Source of the DNA: Bacilli bacterium
GTDB lineage: Bacteria; Bacillota_I; Bacilli_A; RF39; UBA660
Length of the DNA: 64,000 bases
Reading direction: 5' to 3'
NCBI GenBank assembly: GCA_036653735.1
Contig: JAVVTI010000001.1
Location: 8,881 to 72,880 of the forward strand
Within the stretch, counting starts at the first letter, position 1. Every line of letters begins with the position of its first letter. Below, piece after piece: positions 10,150-16,418 of the stretch. The position numbers and the translations under genes were made by a program. The notes under the pieces are model-generated. The model was not told where the DNA came from, made no database searches, and was given only the letters and a program-made list of their open reading frames with translations.

Positions 10150-10366
10150 TTTTTTTCCTTTCCATAATGTATTTTACAATTTCTGACCTGTCTAATATTT
10201 TTCCATCAATTTCAGCAAATGGGGCTGACATAATTTTATTCTCTTTTGCAACTTTCAAAATAATTTGTTCGTCTGTAATTAATTCAAAATCAATTGATTC
10301 TTTTTTTAGCATTTTTTCTAAAACAATACAACTTGGACAATGTGTACTATAAAATTTCATTTTCAT
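10133..10366 (-). CDS. Glutaredoxin-like protein (NrdH-like redoxin)
   Basis: MKMKFYSTHCPSC ... contains a CPSC thioredoxin-fold motif. AGGAGGTG RBS 5 nt before this ATG; the ORF-track start at 10429 is probably too long. First gene of the operon with nrdD and nrdG. Confidence 0.65.
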   Translation of the reverse strand: MKMKFYSTHCPSCIVLEKMLKKESIDFELITDEQIILKVAKENKIMSAPFAEIDGKILDRSEIVKYIMERKKNVNTN

Positions 10367-10400
10367 ATTTTCACCTCCTAACATTGTTATATCAAAACTA

Positions 10401-10429
10401 ATTATATCATAGCATTTTAATATTGTCAA
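10401..10429 (-). promoter_or_regulatory. Consensus sigma-A-type promoter, TTGACA-N17-TGaTATAAT, for the grx-nrdD-nrdG operon
   Basis: Minus strand reads TTGACA atattaaaatgctatga TATAAT. -35 at 10429-10424, -10 at 10406-10401, about 35 nt upstream of the RBS. Confidence 0.6.
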
Positions 10430-10564
10430 GATATTTATGTTATTTGTATTAGTCGATTTAAGCTACGTTTTAGTTATAGTGGCACAATTTATTACCTATG
10501 TACTTTAAGTATCTTAAAATGGCTAGAAATGCGTCACACAGTGTTCTAAATGCTATCTTCTAAC

Positions 10565-10747
10565 CTAACAAAACAACTTCTTAACTAAAACACCATATTT
10601 AATCAAAGAAAATAATAATATCAGTAAAATTAGAACAATTGGAATTATAATGGAAAACATTATAAATATAAATTTATTCATAAAATTATTCTTTTTCTTT
10701 TTTAACTTCATTTTTTTATAACCTCTTTTTGCTTCACAAATATGCAT
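10565..10747 (-). CDS. Small hydrophobic (membrane) protein
   Basis: 60 aa with a long hydrophobic stretch, IIIPIVLILLILLFSLI. Confidence 0.3.
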   Translation of the reverse strand: MHICEAKRGYKKMKLKKKKNNFMNKFIFIMFSIIIPIVLILLILLFSLIKYGVLVKKLFC

Positions 10748-10917
10748 TTTAGAAAATGTATTTCATCTTCTAAATCAAAACTTCCAAAACTTGTAAAATA
10801 ATCATTCTGAATTTCATATAAACCATAACATAAATTATCTTCTTTGCATTCATTTATTTCATAGGCTTTATCTACAGTAAATAGTTTGTTATCTGATTCT
10901 GTACAAATATATTTCAT
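10708..10917 (-). CDS. Hypothetical protein
   Basis: 69-aa ORF, co-oriented with the block. Confidence 0.35.
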   Translation of the reverse strand: MKYICTESDNKLFTVDKAYEINECKEDNLCYGLYEIQNDYFTSFGSFDLEDEIHFLKCIFVKQKEVIKK

Positions 10918-10933
10918 TTTTCCCCTTTATATA

Positions 10934-11500
10934 TTAATAAATAATTTCTTCCAAACTTCGTGGTGTATAATCCATATAATCTAACATACACCCAACGTTA
11001 TATAACTGTCCTTGATTATATCTATCTTTTGAATATGATTTTAAATCCTTTATCTGTTCAACAAAATATTGTATTAGCTGAGATTCATATCTTTCATGTA
11101 CATGACCATATAACATATAAGTATTTTTACTAGAACTATGATTATAAAACAAAATAGGATAATGACTCATTATGATTTTGTTCCCATTTTCTTTAATCAT
11201 TTTATAATCTGTTATTTCAATAAACTTCTCTGATAATTTTTTTGACATTTTAACAATATCATGATTTCCTCTAATTAAAACTTTCTTGCCATTCAATTTA
11301 TCCAAAATTTCAATCCATACTTTTTCATCTCGACTTAAACTAAAATCTCCTAAAATATAAACAGTATCTTTGTTATTAACTTTTTTATTCCAATTATTAA
11401 TTATTTTGGCTTCCATTTCTTGGACTGTCTGAAAAGGTCTGTTATCAAAACTTAAGATATTCTCATGGCGGAAATGTAAATCTGAAATAAAATAATTCAT
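10934..11500 (-). CDS. Calcineurin-like metallophosphoesterase
   Basis: Motifs DLHF, GDF, GNHD and GHVHE in canonical order. Confidence 0.7.
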   Translation of the reverse strand: MNYFISDLHFRHENILSFDNRPFQTVQEMEAKIINNWNKKVNNKDTVYILGDFSLSRDEKVWIEILDKLNGKKVLIRGNHDIVKMSKKLSEKFIEITDYKMIKENGNKIIMSHYPILFYNHSSSKNTYMLYGHVHERYESQLIQYFVEQIKDLKSYSKDRYNQGQLYNVGCMLDYMDYTPRSLEEIIY

Positions 11501-11519
11501 ATTCGCTCCTTCTTTTTTA

Positions 11520-12221
11520 TTATTTATAAAATTTGTGACCTACGCTATCTGTGAAAATGTATTCTAAATTATTTTCATGCCATTCACTTTCATTACTATA
11601 AAAATAAGTTGCACCACTAGTAGTATCACCTAGTTTGAATACATATTCCAAAGCAAATTTAGTATCTTCGGATATTTCATCTCTAAAATATTCAAACTGA
11701 TTTTTTTCTGTAATTACAGAAATAGGATTATTTGGAAATGTATTATTATCAAGTCTGTTTAGTATAACAGATGCAATATTACATTTTGCGCTAAAATTAG
11801 TTTGGTATGTTTCGGTTTCTATACATTTTTGCATATATAATATTTCTAAATTTGAATAAGAATTATATAGTTCTTTTGTTTCTATTATGTTGTCATATTT
11901 TTCAGATAAACTATTGTATTTTTTCAAGTATTCTATTTTATCAAAATTTTTTAATGGTTCTATTAAAGTTTTTTCATATTCAATTTGTGAACTTATAATT
12001 TCTGTGTTTGTTTTATTTAACAATTCATTTACAGATAATAATGACATATTTTCGTTTTCTAAATCAATTCTGTTATTTTCTAATACCATAATATTATTTG
12101 ATAATTTATTATTTGTATTATTTATATTATTTAATTCATCTAATAAATTTTGACATTTACAAGAAAAAAGTAATACAATAGAAAATTCTATCAGTATAGT
12201 TATTTCTTTAACTCTTTTCAT
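11520..12221 (-). CDS. Exported SleB-like cell-wall hydrolase: signal / lipobox-like N-terminus, coiled coil, Hydrolase_2 C-domain
   Basis: C-terminal NIASVILNRLDNNTFPNNPISVITEKNQFEY ... GATYFY resembles the SleB / CwlJ hydrolase domain. N-terminal hydrophobic segment ending LLFSCKC. Confidence 0.55.
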   Translation of the reverse strand: MKRVKEITILIEFSIVLLFSCKCQNLLDELNNINNTNNKLSNNIMVLENNRIDLENENMSLLSVNELLNKTNTEIISSQIEYEKTLIEPLKNFDKIEYLKKYNSLSEKYDNIIETKELYNSYSNLEILYMQKCIETETYQTNFSAKCNIASVILNRLDNNTFPNNPISVITEKNQFEYFRDEISEDTKFALEYVFKLGDTTSGATYFYSNESEWHENNLEYIFTDSVGHKFYK

Positions 12222-12269
12222 AAACTCCTCCTTTCTTTCTTCTTTTAATTTTTATTCACCCCCTTTAAA

Positions 12270-12297
12270 ATATTATATCAAATACTTTTAATCTTGT
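12270..12297 (-). promoter_or_regulatory. Consensus promoter, TTGACA-N16-TATAAT, upstream of the SleB-like gene
   Basis: Minus strand reads GTTGACA agattaaagtatttga TATAAT. Confidence 0.5.
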
Positions 12298-12548
12298 CAA
12301 CTTAATTATTTTTTTAGTTTATTATTACTGTAATTTTTTTTTATTTAAAATATAAATATTTTTTTACTTATTTAAAATTTACAATTTATTTTGGGGTAAC
12401 CATTAGAGTAATTACAATCTCCATCATGACTACTCTTTACCCTCTCACGTCCATTCTACCACTCAAAATATGCATCATAGGTAAGAATTAGGCATTCTAA
12501 CCCACTACCCCTACAATTGTTAGCCTAACCGCATATATATCTATAATT

Positions 12549-12767
12549 TTACCTATGCTCTCTAATTAGTTTATCAAGTGTTGGTCTGCTTATATTCAAT
12601 TCATGAGCCATATCAACTTTGCTTATCTCTCTATTCATATATTTATTGTAAAAGACGATACAAAACGTATCACATTGTGTAATTATGTAATTATAATTCT
12701 GCATTATCAAATTCATGATGTATAAATCTGTAAAATATAGATTCCGTTTCCGCTTTGTCATATACAA
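12549..12767 (-). CDS. Small HTH DNA-binding protein (C-terminal HTH); possible phage regulator
   Basis: C-terminal ISKVDMAHELNISRPTLDKLIREHR is helix-turn-helix-like. The N-terminal part looks like a low-complexity read-through. It overlaps ORF 12691..12876 out of frame. Confidence 0.35.
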   Translation of the reverse strand: MYMTKRKRNLYFTDLYIMNLIMQNYNYIITQCDTFCIVFYNKYMNREISKVDMAHELNISRPTLDKLIREHR

Positions 12768-12876
12768 ATACTAATTTTCCTTTGAATCCTATTTCAATTC
12801 TAATTGGCTGATATCCATATGTTAAATATACTTTTACTTGTTTAAAATTTACAATTTTGATTTCATTTTCTTTCAT
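12691..12876 (-). CDS. Hypothetical small protein; may be the N-terminal part of a frameshifted regulator
   Basis: 61-aa ORF overlapping the HTH ORF by 77 nt in another frame. Confidence 0.35.
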   Translation of the reverse strand: MKENEIKIVNFKQVKVYLTYGYQPIRIEIGFKGKLVFVYDKAETESIFYRFIHHEFDNAEL

Positions 12877-13083
12877 GTTTTTTGCTCCTATTCTAGCGTC
12901 TATATTCTAATATACATAAGTTGTAGGCTACCCTCTATAAAGTGTCTGCATCAGCTTGTAAACGTGCCTCACAAGGTTATAAACTTTAATTACAGATGAT
13001 ACAAATAATTATTTCATCTTCTTTCTTTTTAATTTTATCATTTATTGGTTCTTTTTATTTTTTAAATTTCACGTAACTAAAAG

Positions 13084-13095
13084 GAACAAGTGTTC
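13084..13095. promoter_or_regulatory. Candidate LexA (Cheo) box, GAACAAGTGTTC
   Basis: Perfect GAAC-N4-GTTC. Reverse complement of the 12-mer at 2680-2691. Lies in the leader region upstream of the regulator genes. Confidence 0.4.
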
Positions 13096-13300
13096 TTATA
13101 TTAACAAATAAATAATATTATTATTGCTAAAATAATTTTTTTAGTTTTATATTTTCCTTTATATTTTATATTTTTTTATAACAAATTCATAATCTAACCA
13201 CATAATTAACCATACATCTTGACAATTATATATTCTAGGTTTTAATTTTGAAAATTTCATATTTTACCTCCTTTTTACTTCCTTTCTATTATTTAATAAC

Positions 13301-13329
13301 ATTATATCACAACATTTTGATATTGTCAA
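13301..13329 (-). promoter_or_regulatory. Consensus promoter, TTGACA-N17-TGaTATAAT, near-identical to the nrd promoter
   Basis: Minus strand reads TTTGACA atatcaaaatgttgtga TATAAT. Followed by AAGGAGG and a 34-aa ORF starting MKFSKLKPR. Confidence 0.5.
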
Positions 13330-13671
13330 ATTATTAAATTATTATTAGTATTAATTATTAGACGATTATAGCCACTTTAGTGCTACAATGGACAATTTAC
13401 CATAGAACCATTTTAAACCGTCAAATCAGCCTAATAAAGATATCTATCAAAGTATTAATAAGCTTTATCTATGTCATTATAATATTTGTATGTAAATATT
13501 CAACTCGTTTTCTAATTAGACTATATGTATTTACTTATTTCTTATCCTCCTTAATCTGTTTGTTTATTTCATATAGTATAATTTAAACTGGGTTAGTATC
13601 ACGTAATTTTTTTTATATCACCATAATCCATTAAGTTACAAATCATTATATAATTATTTTCTAAAAATTCT

Positions 13672-13947
13672 TTAGTTTCTTTCTTTAATATCATAATTTA
13701 TCTCCTTCTTAGTGAAATTATATTCTTTGCATTCTATCCCATTATCATTTAACCATTTTGAAACCAATTGTCTATGACAAAATTTTGATGGTTTTTCATA
13801 ACACATCAAACAAATATTAATATTTTCTACATGAAGAATCCCAATTAAATCATATAACACATCTTTAACAGAAAGATTATTTAAGATATTTTCATTATAA
13901 TTTTTAATATAAGATTCTATGTCATTATTTTCTTTATATGACATCAA
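13672..13947 (-). CDS. Hypothetical protein, possibly a DUF488-like CHR-motif protein
   Basis: 91 aa with CYEKPSKFCHRQLVSKWL. First gene leftwards from the divergent control region. Confidence 0.4.
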   Translation of the reverse strand: MMSYKENNDIESYIKNYNENILNNLSVKDVLYDLIGILHVENINICLMCYEKPSKFCHRQLVSKWLNDNGIECKEYNFTKKEINYDIKERN

Positions 13948-14339
13948 TATTTTATAAGTCGGTGCTAATTTATACTACAATCCATTAAACCAATTCGGTG
14001 TTTTAACACATATAGATATTGGTATAAAATTTTTAGGTAGTTTATTCGCCATTGCAAAGTAACTTATGTAAATCATATTTGTTCCTCCTTTTATTTTTAT
14101 GCATATTTAATTATAATTATTTTTTATATATTTGACTATATAGTATCATTGTGAATATGATTAATCCCTCCTTGTTAATATTCATTTAATGTGGCTTAGT
14201 GATTAAATAACTTACTCTGATTTTTATTATTTCAATACCACCTTTATATATTATAACATATTATATTATATATGTCAAATTATATTATATAAATAATTAA
14301 TAAGTATATAATCATATATAATAATAATATATGCCAGTC

Positions 14340-14670
14340 GGCAGAATTAGGTTAGTAGGGAATGCTTACGGAATGGCTTACACCATTGCCTACACCATTG
14401 GGGGATTTTTGAGTATTTTTTATTCAAAATAATTAATAATTGATTGATATGTAAAAAGGATACATAATCATTTTCATATAGAGTATATAACTAATAAAAA
14501 ATGATTATGTATCCTTTTTACATTATGTGTATTATAATATAATATTATTAAAATTATATGGTATCATTTTATACAAGCTAATCATGTGTATTCAGAATCC
14601 CTTGACCTTAAAAATGGCGTAAGCCATTCAAATGCGTAAGCATTCTCTACTAACCCTACTAACCATTTTA
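14340..14670. repeat. Large imperfect palindrome (arms about 14350-14388 and 14601-14665) enclosing a perfect 25-bp inverted repeat, 14450-14474 / 14498-14522
   Basis: Inner IR TGTAAAAAGGATACATAATCATTTT matches its reverse complement AAAATGATTATGTATCCTTTTTACA exactly. Outer arms share GGTTAGTAGGG, AATGCTTACG and GAATGGCTTAC blocks. Confidence 0.7.
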
Positions 14671-14729
14671 CAATAATGAAAAATAGATTATATAGTATTT
14701 TTATATTATTATATATTATAATATATTAT

Positions 14730-15168
14730 TAAATAGTTATACTTAATAAATAGTTATATTTAATAATATATTATAACTAACTTATATACTTAATATAATA
14801 TATAATACTTGTAGTTTTAATTAAGTTCAAGTTCGCTGACGTAATAAAATAAATTATATGGGTATATCTCAATCCTGCTACGCAGTCTTTCGATATAAAC
14901 ACCCATATAATTTATTTTATTTTTGTCCTGAAATGTTTTTTCATTTTTATAAATAAGTACACTCAAATGCCACCTTACGGTGTCCTTTTCGTAGACGTAC
15001 TTATTTATAAAAATTAAAAAAATTCCAGTTTATTCCAGTTTATTATTATTATTATAATATATAGTTATATCTTATTATTATTATTATATGTTTATTATAA
15101 TATATTACATAGTTATATGAATTTATTTATTATTATAATAATATATAACTATTTAATATAACTATTTA
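14730..15168. repeat. Iteron-like 12-mer TAAATAGTTATA: two direct copies at 14730-14758, two inverted copies at 15144-15168, extra ATAGTTATA copies at 15061 and 15111. Region also holds 17-21-bp inverted repeats (14842-14920, 14944-15013) and tandem CCAGTTTATT x2
   Basis: Read directly from the sequence. The repeats flank palindromes in a 1.2-kb non-coding region between divergent operons. Confidence 0.6.
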
Positions 15169-15286
15169 AAGTAATTAAGATAAAAAAGATAAAAATAAAA
15201 TTATAATTTATATAATATTAAAATACCCGTTTTTTTAGATAAATTGACTCAAACCTATATAAATCAATGGGTACAGAGTTTTTGAA

Positions 15287-15334
15287 TATAAAGATACTCC
15301 TTAATATGTATTTATAATACAGAGTATCGTTATA
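15287..15334. repeat. Palindromic element, copy B (paralog of 3567-3620)
   Basis: AAAGATACTC cttaatatgtatttataataca GAGTATC. Same stem and a near-identical 22-nt loop. Sits about 85 bp upstream of the rightward consensus promoter. Confidence 0.7.
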
Positions 15335-15414
15335 TTCAGACAATTTAGCTAATTGTGTATGAAATACAAACAATTTAAAAAATAAAAAGAAATATGAATT
15401 ATTGTATTATATTA

Positions 15415-15443
15415 TTGACAAGAAAAATAAATTGTGATATAAT
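15415..15443 (+). promoter_or_regulatory. Consensus promoter, TTGACA-N17-TGaTATAAT, for the rightward operon
   Basis: TTGACA at 15415-15420, 17-nt spacer, TGaTATAAT with TATAAT at 15438-15443. An RBS and ATG follow at 15486. Confidence 0.6.
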
Positions 15444-15485
15444 AATTTTAAGTTTAATAATAGACAAAGAAAAGGAGAATAAAAT

Positions 15486-15845
15486 ATGAGTGAATTATTA
15501 AAAGTGTTAAAAATAGATTTTGAAGAACAAACTGTATCGGCTAGAGAGTTGTATGAAGAAATAAATAATGGGAAAGAACGATTTAGTAAATGGTTTGACA
15601 GACAATTAAAATTTGGATTTGTAGATGGTGAAGATTTTACAAGTGTACTAAAAAGTACGGTTGTAAATAATGGTGCAAATAAACCGTTACAGGATTATAA
15701 TTTATCTATTGATATGGCAAAACAAATTTGCATGGTTCAGAAAACTGATAAGGCAAGAAATATTAGGCAACAGCTTATTGATTTAGAAAAGTCATGGAAT
15801 ACTCCTGAACAAGTAATGGCACGAGCATTAAAAAATGGCAGATAA
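15486..15845 (+). CDS. AntA / AntB-type antirepressor N-terminal domain protein
   Basis: TVSARELYEEI ... RFSKWFDRQLKFGFVDGEDF matches the AntA-domain pattern. The RBS AAGGAGAA precedes it. Confidence 0.55.
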   Translation: MSELLKVLKIDFEEQTVSARELYEEINNGKERFSKWFDRQLKFGFVDGEDFTSVLKSTVVNNGANKPLQDYNLSIDMAKQICMVQKTDKARNIRQQLIDLEKSWNTPEQVMARALKNGR

Positions 15846-16194
15846 AACAATAAATTCATTAAAACTAGAAATTGAAGGACAAAAACCTATGGTTGCTTTT
15901 GTAAATATGGTAGTTAATGCATCTAATGCAATTGATATGGGTGAAATGGCTAAATTATGTGCTAAAGATGGAATTAAAATTGGAAGAAATAGATTATTTG
16001 AAATTTTAAGAGAAAAGGGGGTATTAATGAGTAATAATATTCCGTATCAAAGACAAATTGATAATGGCATATTTAAAGTTGTTGAAACAATAAAAAGCAA
16101 TTTTTATGGTGACCAAGTATTTTGTAAAACATTAGTAACTGGAAAAGGACAAATTAAAATTGTTGAGTTGTTACGTAAAGAATTTGACAAATAA
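15835..16194 (+). CDS. KilA-C (phage antirepressor C-terminal) domain protein
   Basis: IGRNRLFEILREKGVLM ... IPYQRQIDNGIFKVVET ... TLVTGKGQ is KilAC-like. Start overlaps the upstream ORF by 11 nt in the +1 frame, next to an A6 run. Confidence 0.6.
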   Translation: MADKTINSLKLEIEGQKPMVAFVNMVVNASNAIDMGEMAKLCAKDGIKIGRNRLFEILREKGVLMSNNIPYQRQIDNGIFKVVETIKSNFYGDQVFCKTLVTGKGQIKIVELLRKEFDK

Positions 16195-16418
16195 TTTTTT
16201 GTGTGATATAATTAAGTCATACTTAGAAAGGAGGTATATAAGGTGAAAGATGAACTATACAGTTGGAATAAATATGATAGACAATTTAAGTCTATTGGTG
16301 ATAGATTAAATTATGAAAAGTATGACGAAAGAGATTCTGAATATGATTATAATGATTGTGAAGAAACAGAAGAAGATTATTAAAATTTATTCAATATTAT
16401 GTGTAAGGGGGTGAATAA

